A DNA stretch of 63,836 nucleotides, filler included, from Acidimicrobiia bacterium (lineage in GTDB: Bacteria; Actinomycetota; Acidimicrobiia; Spongiisociales; JAHEDJ01), in NCBI GenBank assembly GCA_029210695.1. It is 3 parts of 3 records of this genome, joined end to end, with 100 filler letters (N's around TTAATTAATTAA, not from the genome) between each part and the next. Parts side by side here need not be neighbours in the genome. Positions count along the whole stretch, not along the records: positions 45,078 to 63,836 come from JARGFH010000062.1; 2 more parts are not named here. One strand, given 5' to 3'. Shown here piece by piece: positions 45,078-54,108 of this stretch. The stretch's first letter is position 1, and the number at the start of each line of letters is the position of its first letter. A model generated the notes under the pieces. The model searched no databases, was not told where the DNA came from, and saw only the letters and a program-made list of their open reading frames with translations. Both the position numbers and the translations under genes were made by a program.

Positions 45078-45146
45078 CGCCTGGGCCCACCGCCAGACAA
45101 CACGAGACAAAGCCGCCGCTTGACAAGATACAACCCTGGGGTGTCT
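45078..45146 (+). mobile_element. Probable 3' end of an IS110-family element
   Basis: Reads AWAHRQTTRDKAAA-stop, with TTGACA overlapping the stop and ...GGGGTGTCT after it, as recalled for actinobacterial IS110 tails. Confidence 0.4.
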
Positions 45147-45237
45147 AGCCCCTTTCCTGTGAGTTCATACCGAGCGGCTCTGACGCCTCAGGTAACGGCG
45201 GCCCGGTCGGCGCCGCGGGGCTCATACACTGCAGTTC

Positions 45238-46878
45238 ATGTCGCAGGCAGTCGCTCCTCTTCGAATCGCCCGTTTCCGGGCTTTGTGGATCGCCTCGATC
45301 TTCTCCAATGTCGGGTCGTTCCTCCAGGCGGTGGCCGGGTCATGGTTGATGCTCGAGCTGACCGGGTCTGCGACCTGGGTGGGGTTGATGGTCGCCTCCA
45401 CCACCCTTCCCCTGCTTTTCCTCGCCCTTGCGGCCGGAGCAGTAGCCGACCTGGCCAACCGCGGCAGGGTGCTGCTCGTCAGCCAGACCTTGATGGGTCT
45501 GGCGGCGGCCGGCATGGCCCTCCTCAGCGCCCTCGATCTCGTGACGCCCGGGCGTCTCCTCACTCTCTCGCTCCTCCTGGGGGTCGGCGTGGCGTTCAAC
45601 CTCCCTGCCTGGCAGGCGATGGTCCCCGACCTCGTCCCGCGCGGAATGGTGGCCAGCGCGGTGGCTCTCAACTCGGTGGCGTTCAACGTCGCCCGGGCAG
45701 TCGGACCGGCCCTTGGCGGCCTGATTGTGGCAACGGCCGGACCAGAACTGGCGTTTAGCCTCAACGCCCTCAGCTACCTGGGCGTGATCATCGTGCTTGC
45801 CGCACTAACGGGGCGATTCACGATCGCCGACCAGGACGGCTCATCTGTGGCCAACGCCATCGCTAATGGGGTGCGGTTCGCCCGCTTCACCCCACCGTTT
45901 CGAAGGCTGCTACTGCTCGCCGCTCTCTTCGCGATGACGTCTTCGGTGGTCCAGTCCGTTCTTCCGAGCCGTACCGAGGAACTCGGAGGGTCCGCCGGCA
46001 CGTACGGCCTGCTCCTCGGCGCGATGGGGCTGGGGGCGCTCATCGGCGCCTTCACTCGCCAGGCGGTGGTGGAGACACTCGAAGCCCGCTCGGTGCCCAT
46101 CACCATCACACTGTTCGGCCTGGCAGGCATCGGAACCGGGCTGGCACAAACCCCTGCTTGGGCCGTCGTCCCGCTTCTCGTGGCCGGAGCAACGTGGGTG
46201 TGGACCCTCACCACGACCAATGCCACTGCCCAGCTGATGTCTCCGGAATGGGTGCGCGGGCGAGCGATGAGTCTCTACTCATTGGCCTTCGTCGGAGTGT
46301 TACCGCTCGGTTCGATCGTGGCCGGAGTTCTTGCAGATCTTGTAGGGGCGGGCAACTCGATGATCGTGCTGAGCGTCGGATCCGTTGCGCTCGGAATCGC
46401 CGCCCCTCGCTTCGAGATCCCTGCTCTGGCGGATGTGGAAATGCCCGAGTTCTCAGGAGAACGGACCGCTGATGGCCACGTCGCCACTGAGGGAGGCCCG
46501 GTCATGATCGTCAACACGTGGCTCATCGACGGCCGGCGCCTCGACGAGTTCCTCACGGTGATGAGCGAAGTCCGTCTCGTTCGCCTCCGGACGGGCGCCT
46601 ACCGATGGCGGCTCTACCGCAACGCCTCCGACCCCCATCGCCTCTCAGAAGTCTTCCTCACGGTTTCGTGGGAAGAGCACCTTGCCCAGCACCGGCGCAT
46701 CGACGACGTCTCTGCCGGCCTGATCCGCCATGCGAGATCGTTCGCGGAGGACGACGGGCCTATCACCCGCCACCTGGTCGCCGTCGACGTCGAGCATCCT
46801 GAGGACTGGGAACCCCTCCTGGCCGCTCACGATGAATACCACCGCAACGACGGATCGATACCCCTCTCGACCGACTGA
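45238..46878 (+). CDS. MFS transporter (MFS_3/DUF894 type with C-terminal soluble domain)
   Basis: FRALWIASIFSNVG, AGAVAD, NVARAVGP, SWEEHLAQHRR. Confidence 0.9.
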   Translation: MSQAVAPLRIARFRALWIASIFSNVGSFLQAVAGSWLMLELTGSATWVGLMVASTTLPLLFLALAAGAVADLANRGRVLLVSQTLMGLAAAGMALLSALDLVTPGRLLTLSLLLGVGVAFNLPAWQAMVPDLVPRGMVASAVALNSVAFNVARAVGPALGGLIVATAGPELAFSLNALSYLGVIIVLAALTGRFTIADQDGSSVANAIANGVRFARFTPPFRRLLLLAALFAMTSSVVQSVLPSRTEELGGSAGTYGLLLGAMGLGALIGAFTRQAVVETLEARSVPITITLFGLAGIGTGLAQTPAWAVVPLLVAGATWVWTLTTTNATAQLMSPEWVRGRAMSLYSLAFVGVLPLGSIVAGVLADLVGAGNSMIVLSVGSVALGIAAPRFEIPALADVEMPEFSGERTADGHVATEGGPVMIVNTWLIDGRRLDEFLTVMSEVRLVRLRTGAYRWRLYRNASDPHRLSEVFLTVSWEEHLAQHRRIDDVSAGLIRHARSFAEDDGPITRHLVAVDVEHPEDWEPLLAAHDEYHRNDGSIPLSTD

Positions 46879-46938
46879 ACCGCCGCGTCATCCGCATTCC
46901 TGCCGGGTACGTATAGACGTAGAGCCCCGGAGGAACCC

Positions 46939-47628
46939 ATGAAGTCGACCGTATCCATTCTTGCGCTGGCATTGCTTCTTGGCGCCTGTGCCAATTCCAG
47001 TGAACCGATTGTGGTGCAAGCTGTTGGGCCCGATGACGCCCTGGTGGCCGAAGCCGACCTCGCTACGCCGACCACGTTCGTCACGGCACCCGGTAGCAAG
47101 GTTTGGTTCGTAATCGACGAGATGTTCCGCGGCTCGCCGAAGACGGTGGTTGGGGTCAATACGAAAGTGGCGGCGGAGGTCATCGCCGACCTCGATGATC
47201 CATCCACGGTGGTGATGGGGCCCGTGATCATCAAGGCCGCCTACTTCGACACTGAGCCTGGGGAAGAGCCCAATCCCCTCGGAGATGAGATCGGCTGGCG
47301 CGACACCGCCATCAATCGCTTCATCCTCGACAGCAGCAAGTACCCCACCATCACCTTCACGCCGGCCGAGCTAATCGATCTCCGTGACGTCGCCGAGGGA
47401 TCCGAAAAGCCGATCGTTGGAGATCTCACCGTGCGGGGAATCACACTCCCCGTCACGTTCACGGCAACATTCAACGTTGTCTCACCGGAGGGGGTCAGAG
47501 TGACCGGTTGGGCCGACGTGCTCCGCCAGGATTTCGAACTGACAATCCCCAAGGTCGCTCATGTGGCCGACGTTGCCGACGACCTGAGACTCGAGTTTGA
47601 CCTCATCTTTGAGCCGAGTGACGGTTAG
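46939..47628 (+). CDS. YceI-like lipoprotein
   Basis: Lipobox LGAC; RD...LD..KYPTITF and GDLTVRGIT motifs. Confidence 0.82.
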   Translation: MKSTVSILALALLLGACANSSEPIVVQAVGPDDALVAEADLATPTTFVTAPGSKVWFVIDEMFRGSPKTVVGVNTKVAAEVIADLDDPSTVVMGPVIIKAAYFDTEPGEEPNPLGDEIGWRDTAINRFILDSSKYPTITFTPAELIDLRDVAEGSEKPIVGDLTVRGITLPVTFTATFNVVSPEGVRVTGWADVLRQDFELTIPKVAHVADVADDLRLEFDLIFEPSDG

Positions 47629-47735
47629 AGCTGCCGGGGCCGACCGGTCTCCACCGAGCCTGTCACATCCCGCCGCCGCGCCCCGCATCTACCAGCGAGC
47701 GGGTTCCAGCCCGGGCCGTTAAGTACGATGCGGGT

Positions 47736-48434
47736 ATGGATGTTGATGCCTTCAGGCAGTTCCTGAAGGAGGGCGGCAGATCGGCCACTGCTGCCCTCCG
47801 CGCCATCGACTTCACGACCCAGTTCGAGACCTACCTGAGCGATCACGGCCTCGATCTCGATGATGCCGGCCCGGCCGACCTCGAAAGTTTCGTCGCCGAC
47901 GTCGAAGCAGAGCCCGGCGTATCAGCCAAGCTCCACCTCTGGGGGTTGCGCTACTACTACGAGTTCATCGACGACCCCGTCATGGTGCATGTTGCCGGAG
48001 CGATGCGCCGCCAGCGAGTAGAACAGACCCCTTTCAGGCTCCGCCAGTTCCGCGGCGTGAACCAGACCACCACCGACCGGCTCGCAACCATCGGGATTCG
48101 CAGCATCGAAGATCTCCTCTCAGCCGCCGGTACCCGATCGCAACGCACCGCGCTGGCGGGAACGGCAGCCATCTCGCTCGATGACCTCGAGGAGCTAGTG
48201 CGTCTCTCCGACCTGGCCCGCATCCGCGGCCTCAAGGGCATTCGGGCCCGGCTCTACCTGGACGCCGGGATTCGATCTGTCACCGAACTTGCCGGATGGG
48301 ACCCGGTAGAACTCGTCGCCATGCTCCAGCAGCACATTGGGGGAAGTGGGTTCGACGGTATCGCGCCCCTGCCGGGCGAAGCTCAACACGCGGTACAGGC
48401 GGCGCGGGCCCTTGAACCCGTCGTGGAGTGGTAG
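47736..48434 (+). CDS. DUF4332 domain protein (helix-hairpin-helix)
   Basis: LSDLARIRGL..RARLYLDAGIRSVTELA. Confidence 0.8.
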   Translation: MDVDAFRQFLKEGGRSATAALRAIDFTTQFETYLSDHGLDLDDAGPADLESFVADVEAEPGVSAKLHLWGLRYYYEFIDDPVMVHVAGAMRRQRVEQTPFRLRQFRGVNQTTTDRLATIGIRSIEDLLSAAGTRSQRTALAGTAAISLDDLEELVRLSDLARIRGLKGIRARLYLDAGIRSVTELAGWDPVELVAMLQQHIGGSGFDGIAPLPGEAQHAVQAARALEPVVEW

Positions 48435-48442
48435 AACCGGTT

Positions 48443-48489
48443 TTCTCAGCAATGCTATGGCGCGTAGCAATACAGAGCATTGCGGAGAA
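48443..48489. repeat. 47-bp palindrome (TTCTC.GCAATGC family) between convergent genes
   Basis: TTCTCAGCAATGC...GCATTGCGGAGAA. Confidence 0.75.
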
Positions 48490-48500
48490 ACCTGCTGGGA

Positions 48501-50123
48501 TCAGGTCTGACGCGGCACGGTCAGCTCGAACGAACTCCACTCTCCGTCGAACCTGTAGACCAGATCTCCGTCCATCAGCCTCGCCAACTGGCGAGACACG
48601 GTGAGACCCAATCCGATCGACGCCGGCTGCGAGTGCTGACGGTGAGCGCTCTGGTAAGGCTGGAAGACGCGGGCTGCGTCCTCTTCGCTGAGTCCGGAGC
48701 CGTTGTCGCGCACCGCCAGGTGAACCATGTCCCCGTCCGTCCAGGCGTCGACTTTCACCCGAGTGCCCCCATACCGCAACGCGTTGGTCAGGAGGTTGCG
48801 GACCACCTGCCGGCAGCGTCCCGGATCGGCGTACGCAATGACCGGCGAACTGACAGAAACGGCCACAGTGCTCTTGGGTTCGAGAACCGACAGAACGTCG
48901 TCCACTGCACGACGTACATCACACGCCTCCGGAAGAATGGTCACCGCACCGATGTCGGCTCTGGCTGCCACGAGCAGATCCTCGACGATCGCCGCGACCT
49001 CGCGCGCTTGAACCGCAATCACGTCACGCAAATCAATCTGTTCTTCAGCGGAGAAGCTGTGCGCATGATCTCGTAGTTCCTCCGCCAGACCGAGCACTGC
49101 AGTCAGCGGCGTCCGTAACTCGTGTGAAACCGATGCGACGAATTCGTCTTTCGACCGCACCAGCTCGGCCAGCCGGGCATTGGATTCTTCGAGCGCAGCC
49201 TGGGCGGCGGCCTGTTCGGTCACGTCGCGGAAGTTGGCGACGATGCCACCGACGCTCGGCTCATCCAGCATGTTCTGCGCGCTGATGTCGAGAATGCGGA
49301 TGGACCCGTCCGCATGCCGCACGCGAACGCGGGTCCGGGCGGTCCCACCTGGTGTCTCCGCAATTCGTGCCAACTCGCCCAGAACGAGTGGCACATCCTC
49401 ATCGAGCACAATGTCGTGCATCGGGCGCCCGATTCGTTGCCCGGGAGAAAAGCCAAGAATGCGCTCAATCGAGGCGCCGACGTAGATCAGTTCCCCGCCG
49501 CCGCCGATAATTGCGACTCCGTCGAAGGCGTTCTCGATCATCGTTCTGAAACGGTGCTCCTCTGCTTGCAGCGTTTCCTCCATCTCTGCGCGTTCCATCG
49601 CTAGGCGGCCCGTCTCCTTCATCATGCGGTAGGTCACCCAGGCCAGAGCCGCAACGAAGAACAGGGTCACAACCAGCTCAATCATGAGTTGGGCGCCTTC
49701 GGTGAGCGGTGCGAACCACTCGAGGCGGCCGGCGATCAGACCGAGAGCGGTCCAGAGGAGTCCGTAGATCACGAGCGCGGTGGCCTGGCGGCGGGTTGCC
49801 AGGATCACGACAACGACAACGTAGAAGGAGAAGACGGATACAGCCACGACCGGCAGGGCGAGAAGGAGGGCAGAGAGACCGAGGGCGGCGCCATCGATCA
49901 CCATCAGCGTCGGCACGTTTGTGCGACGGCCCGTGGATCGGACGTAGGTCTCGTGCCCGAGAGGAATCAGCGCAGCCAGCAGGATCCATGCACCACGCTG
50001 CCAGCCCGTGAGACTACCGACGACCACGATCACGGCCGCTCCGACCGCGGCCAGCCAAAGGCGGGTCGATTGGTAGACACGCAGGAGCTCAGGCTGGAAT
50101 GGGTTTGACAACTCGGTCCTCAT
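48501..50123 (-). CDS. Multi-TM PAS-domain sensor histidine kinase
   Basis: About 6 TM helices, PAS/PAC (RHADGS...FRDVTE), SHELRTPL, NALRYG, GLGL. Confidence 0.92.
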   Translation of the reverse strand: MRTELSNPFQPELLRVYQSTRLWLAAVGAAVIVVVGSLTGWQRGAWILLAALIPLGHETYVRSTGRRTNVPTLMVIDGAALGLSALLLALPVVAVSVFSFYVVVVVILATRRQATALVIYGLLWTALGLIAGRLEWFAPLTEGAQLMIELVVTLFFVAALAWVTYRMMKETGRLAMERAEMEETLQAEEHRFRTMIENAFDGVAIIGGGGELIYVGASIERILGFSPGQRIGRPMHDIVLDEDVPLVLGELARIAETPGGTARTRVRVRHADGSIRILDISAQNMLDEPSVGGIVANFRDVTEQAAAQAALEESNARLAELVRSKDEFVASVSHELRTPLTAVLGLAEELRDHAHSFSAEEQIDLRDVIAVQAREVAAIVEDLLVAARADIGAVTILPEACDVRRAVDDVLSVLEPKSTVAVSVSSPVIAYADPGRCRQVVRNLLTNALRYGGTRVKVDAWTDGDMVHLAVRDNGSGLSEEDAARVFQPYQSAHRQHSQPASIGLGLTVSRQLARLMDGDLVYRFDGEWSSFELTVPRQT

Positions 50124-50144
50124 GACACCTCGGGCGCCCAGGTG

Positions 50145-50172
50145 TTATCGGCACAAAACGCGTGAGACCTAA
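50145..50172 (-). promoter_or_regulatory. Putative sigma28-type promoter
   Basis: TTAG-N16-GCCGATAA (consensus -10) just upstream of the kinase ATG. Confidence 0.5.
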
Positions 50173-50182
50173 CCAGGCATTC

Positions 50183-50845
50183 TCACGGTCTCAGTGCCGA
50201 AACAACCGGGCCGTACATACCCGACTTGATGGCGTGCAGGGTATCGGGATCCTTACCGGCCAGCATGCGCGCCATCTCGACGGCCGTCGACAATAACGCC
50301 TCCTCACCGACGGCCCGGTCGACGATGCCCGAATCCTGGGCCGCCGCACCGCCATACCGGTGTGCGGTCGTCATGACCTGATGCGCCACCTGCGGAGCCA
50401 ATCGCGCCTGGATGAGGGCAGACATGCCAGGGGTGAATGGGATCTTGATGTCGACCTCCGGCATCGACCAAAACCCTCGATCTTCGCGCATGACCCGGAA
50501 GTCGTGGGCCAGAGACCACATGGCACCGGCGGCAAAGCAATGCCCATTGATAGCGGCCACCGTCGGCCTCCGGAAGGTGAGGGTTCGAGCGAAGAGGCGC
50601 TGCGTCTCGATCGCCAGATCGGCGAAGGTCCAGTCTGTCTGCCCGGTCATGATCCAGTCGAGGTCGAGACCGTTCGAGTAGAACTTCCCCGCCCCGGTTG
50701 TAACGAGGGCCGCCGGACCGGCCACCGCCTCGACCTCGTCCAGCACTTCGTTGAGACGCGCCAGCGATGCTGCATTGAAGCGGTTGTCACCCTCGTCCAG
50801 GGTGAGGATGAACACGGAGTCCTGGCGTGTGAGTTCGAACGGCAC
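50183..50845 (-). CDS. Enoyl-CoA hydratase/isomerase family protein
   Basis: GKFYSNGLDL, PTVAAINGHCFAAG, MPEVD. Confidence 0.9.
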   Translation of the reverse strand: MPFELTRQDSVFILTLDEGDNRFNAASLARLNEVLDEVEAVAGPAALVTTGAGKFYSNGLDLDWIMTGQTDWTFADLAIETQRLFARTLTFRRPTVAAINGHCFAAGAMWSLAHDFRVMREDRGFWSMPEVDIKIPFTPGMSALIQARLAPQVAHQVMTTAHRYGGAAAQDSGIVDRAVGEEALLSTAVEMARMLAGKDPDTLHAIKSGMYGPVVSALRP

Positions 50846-50934
50846 GGTCTCTCCCGGTCGGTGTCCGGCACACGATAGGCCCACCAGATACCCCGTTCAG
50901 GCGCAGCTGCGTCCCAACTGCTCCGATCCGGCGG

Positions 50935-51264
50935 CTATTCCTGGAGCTGAATCGTCGTCGCAGGTTCGCTCTTGTACGAGTCGTCGTAGGTCAGGTTGAA
51001 CTCTGCCCCTTTCAGCGCCATGTTGTAGGCCAGAATGCTGCCGTTGAACGAGCTGTTGTTCGCCGCCGACATGTCAACCGCCCCGTTCGGAGCGTACTGG
51101 ACGCCGCTCCAATCGTGATCCGCACCCGACCACTTGATGGCGATCTCGTTGCATTTGTCGGTTCCCCCCACCAGATAGTCGCTGAAGAGGCCGACCACGA
51201 TCGCGAATTCGACGATGGTGGCGCCATCATCGGAACGATTCTTGTTGCCTCCCGATCTCCGCAT
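50935..51264 (-). pseudogene. Chimeric remnant: TadE-like N-terminus fused to a pilin/adhesin C-terminus
   Basis: DDG/ATIVEFAIVVGLF with a truncated TM helix joined directly to a GVQYAPNG...FNGSILA...LTYD tail. Confidence 0.5.
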
Positions 51265-51519
51265 CCGGCTCCGCCCAGAGAGAATGCCCTCAAACGATAC
51301 ACCCTGGGTGATCTAGTTGTCACGCGAATCTCTCACCAAGGGTGGTGGTGTTTCGCCATCTTGAATCGAGCGGAACCTCGATTTCGCCCGCAAGGCCTGG
51401 GTAATGGCGATGTCAGCCATCCGAGAAACTTCACATCCAGTGGTCGATCTCTGCTCAAATCGCCCGCGCCACAAACCATCGGCAACCCTCGCACTCCGGC
51501 AGGTATCCTGATCCGGCTC

Positions 51520-52446
51520 ATGTCCCAACCACTCGTCACCGCCCGCGGGCTCACCAAACGATTCGACGACTTCACGGCCGTCGATGCCGTCGACTTCGAC
51601 ATCCATCCGGGGGAGGTCTTCGGGTTCCTCGGTCCCAATGGTGCCGGGAAGTCCTCGACGATGCGCATGGTCGGCGCCACCTCGCCGATCAGCGATGGCA
51701 CGCTCAGAGTGTTCGGACTCGACCCCGACGCCGATGGTCGGGAGATTCGGGGCCGACTTGGTGTGGTCCCTCAGGAGAACATGCTCGACGAAGAACTGCG
51801 GGTCCGCGACAACCTCTACATCTACGGCCGCTACTTCGACCTCTCCCGCAAAGTGATCAATGAACGGATCGAGGAACTGCTCGCCTTCGCCCATCTCGAG
51901 GACAAGCGGGACGCCAAGGTCGAACACCTCTCGGGGGGCATGAAACGGCGGCTCACCATCGCCAGAGCACTGATAAACGAGCCCGAACTGGTCCTACTCG
52001 ATGAGCCAACCACCGGCCTGGATCCGCAAGCCCGGCACATCCTCTGGGATCGCCTCTACCGCCTCAAGCAGGAAGGCGCCACCCTGATCATCACCACCCA
52101 TTACATGGACGAAGCAGAACAGCTCTGCGATCGCCTGGTGGTAATGGATCAGGGGCGAATCGTCGCCGAAGGCTCGCCGAGATCGCTCATCGACGAGTAC
52201 TCGAAACGCGAGGTCCTCGAGCTCCGGTTCCCGGTTGGAACGCAGGACGCCGCCCTCGCCTCGCTCGAAGGACTCGCCCAACGGCAAGAAACACTGGCCG
52301 ACCGCGTGCTCCTCTACGTTGACGATGCCGACGCAGCGCTGGCCGGGGTGGGCGCTCGCGGCCTGACGCCGGAGAGCGCGGTCGTGAGGCGGTCAACGCT
52401 CGAAGACGTGTTCCTGCGCCTGACCGGACGGACCCTGGTCGAATGA
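51520..52446 (+). CDS. ABC transporter ATP-binding protein (NodI-like)
   Basis: GPNGAGKS, LSGGMKRR, LDEPTTGLDPQARH. Confidence 0.93.
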   Translation: MSQPLVTARGLTKRFDDFTAVDAVDFDIHPGEVFGFLGPNGAGKSSTMRMVGATSPISDGTLRVFGLDPDADGREIRGRLGVVPQENMLDEELRVRDNLYIYGRYFDLSRKVINERIEELLAFAHLEDKRDAKVEHLSGGMKRRLTIARALINEPELVLLDEPTTGLDPQARHILWDRLYRLKQEGATLIITTHYMDEAEQLCDRLVVMDQGRIVAEGSPRSLIDEYSKREVLELRFPVGTQDAALASLEGLAQRQETLADRVLLYVDDADAALAGVGARGLTPESAVVRRSTLEDVFLRLTGRTLVE

Positions 52447-53216
52447 CGGCCCGGCCGCTCCGGTTCTTCGAAGGCGAGGCCCTCAACTACAGGCGAGTCT
52501 GGCGGGCCTCGATCTTTTCCAATTTCCTCAACCCCGTCCTCTACCTGGCCGCCATGGGCATAGGGCTCGGCTCGCTGGTGGATCGCAACTCCTCTGCCGG
52601 GTTCGGTGGCATCGACTACCTGGTATGGCTGGCCCCCGGCTTGCTGGCCGCCGCCGGCATGCAGAGCGGGGCAGGCGAGGGGAGCTTCCCGGTAATGGCA
52701 GGGCTCAAGTGGTTCAAGACGTATCCGGCAATCATGAACACTCCGTTGTCGGTGTCCGACCTCCTCACCGGCCTTCTGTACTGGATCGGAGTCCGGCTCT
52801 TCATGATCTGCGGCATCTTTGCAGGCGTACTGGTTCTCTTCGACGCCGCCGATCCCGCCCACGCAGCACTGGCAGTGCTTCCGGCAGTCCTCACCGGCCT
52901 CGCCTTCGCCGCACCGATGGCCGCCTTCGCCGCCTGGATCGAGGACGACACCGGTCTGACCATGGTGTTCCGGTTCGGAATCGTCCCCCTGTTTCTCTTC
53001 TCCGGCACGTTCTTCCCGATCGAGCAACTGCCGGGCCTGCTCCAGGGACTCGCCTACGCAACGCCCCTCTTTCACGGTGTCGAGTTGACCCGCGCAGCCG
53101 CGCTGGGCATCGACGCCGCGCTACCTGCCTGGCAGCACGCCGCCTATCTGGTGGGTCTGCTGGCGGTCGGAACCCGGCTCGCCCACCGCAACCTGACGAA
53201 GAGACTTCGCACATGA
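52443..53216 (+). CDS. ABC-2 permease
   Basis: PVLYLAAMGIGLG, LFSGTFFPI. Confidence 0.9.
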   Translation: MTARPLRFFEGEALNYRRVWRASIFSNFLNPVLYLAAMGIGLGSLVDRNSSAGFGGIDYLVWLAPGLLAAAGMQSGAGEGSFPVMAGLKWFKTYPAIMNTPLSVSDLLTGLLYWIGVRLFMICGIFAGVLVLFDAADPAHAALAVLPAVLTGLAFAAPMAAFAAWIEDDTGLTMVFRFGIVPLFLFSGTFFPIEQLPGLLQGLAYATPLFHGVELTRAAALGIDAALPAWQHAAYLVGLLAVGTRLAHRNLTKRLRT

Positions 53217-54019
53217 CCACCTTGCTGGCCAGAGTGGCGCCGCCGGCGGTTCGACCCAGCTACCGGGTGCGGCATCTCCTCGAGCACAACTTCCTGGTCT
53301 ACCGGTCGATCTGGTGGGTCATCCTCGCCGGCTTCTTCGAACCGGTCTTCTATCTGTTCTCGATCGGTATCGGCCTCGGCAAACTGATCGGTGATGTGCC
53401 CGGCCCGACCGGAGAACTGGTCCCGTACGCGGCCTTCGTTGCCCCGGCCATGCTCGCCGCCTCGGCGATGAACGGGGCCGTGTACGAGTCGACCTTCAAC
53501 ATCTTCTTCAAGATTCGTTACGGCAACACATACAAGGCCATCCTGGCCACGCCACTGGGCCCCGGCGACATCGCCACCGGCGAAATCATGTGGTCGCTGT
53601 TCCGAGGAGTCATGTACTCGACCGGCTTCCTCATCGTGATGGCCTTTCTGGGATTGATCGAATCGCCGTGGGGAGTGCTGGCATTGCCGGCCACGGTGCT
53701 CATCGGCTTTGCGTTCGGAGCCGTCGGCATGGCCGCCACCACCTTCATGCGGAGCTGGCAGGACTTCGACCTCGTCAACATGGTGACGTTGCCGCTGTTC
53801 CTCTTCTCTGCCACGTTCTACCCACTCGACGTCTACCCGGAGTTCTTTCAGCGCTTCACCCAGTTCTCGCCGCTCTACCACGGGACCGAGCTGATTCGCA
53901 GCCTGACGCTCGGGGCGCTCGACCGTGGCATCTGGATCAACGTTGCGGTGTTGCTGGTGATGGGTCTGGCCGGTTCTGCGGTGATCGGGCGCCGGCTCGA
54001 GCGACTGCTGCTTTCGTAG
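53213..54019 (+). CDS. ABC-2 permease
   Basis: FFEPVFYL, LFSATFYPL; ATGA-coupled. Confidence 0.9.
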   Translation: MTTLLARVAPPAVRPSYRVRHLLEHNFLVYRSIWWVILAGFFEPVFYLFSIGIGLGKLIGDVPGPTGELVPYAAFVAPAMLAASAMNGAVYESTFNIFFKIRYGNTYKAILATPLGPGDIATGEIMWSLFRGVMYSTGFLIVMAFLGLIESPWGVLALPATVLIGFAFGAVGMAATTFMRSWQDFDLVNMVTLPLFLFSATFYPLDVYPEFFQRFTQFSPLYHGTELIRSLTLGALDRGIWINVAVLLVMGLAGSAVIGRRLERLLLS

Positions 54020-54101
54020 TCGCGAGTTGTTAGTCGCGAGTTGTTAGTCGCGAGTCGCGAGTTGTTAGTCGCGAGTCGCGGGTTGCGAGTCGCGGGTTGC
54101 G
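54016..54101 (-). repeat. Heptamer tandem repeat (GCGAGTC/GTTAGTC variants) between convergent genes
   Basis: About 12 units; reverse complement of the GACTCGC repeat at 27788. Confidence 0.8.
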
Positions 54102-54108
54102 GCAGAGA

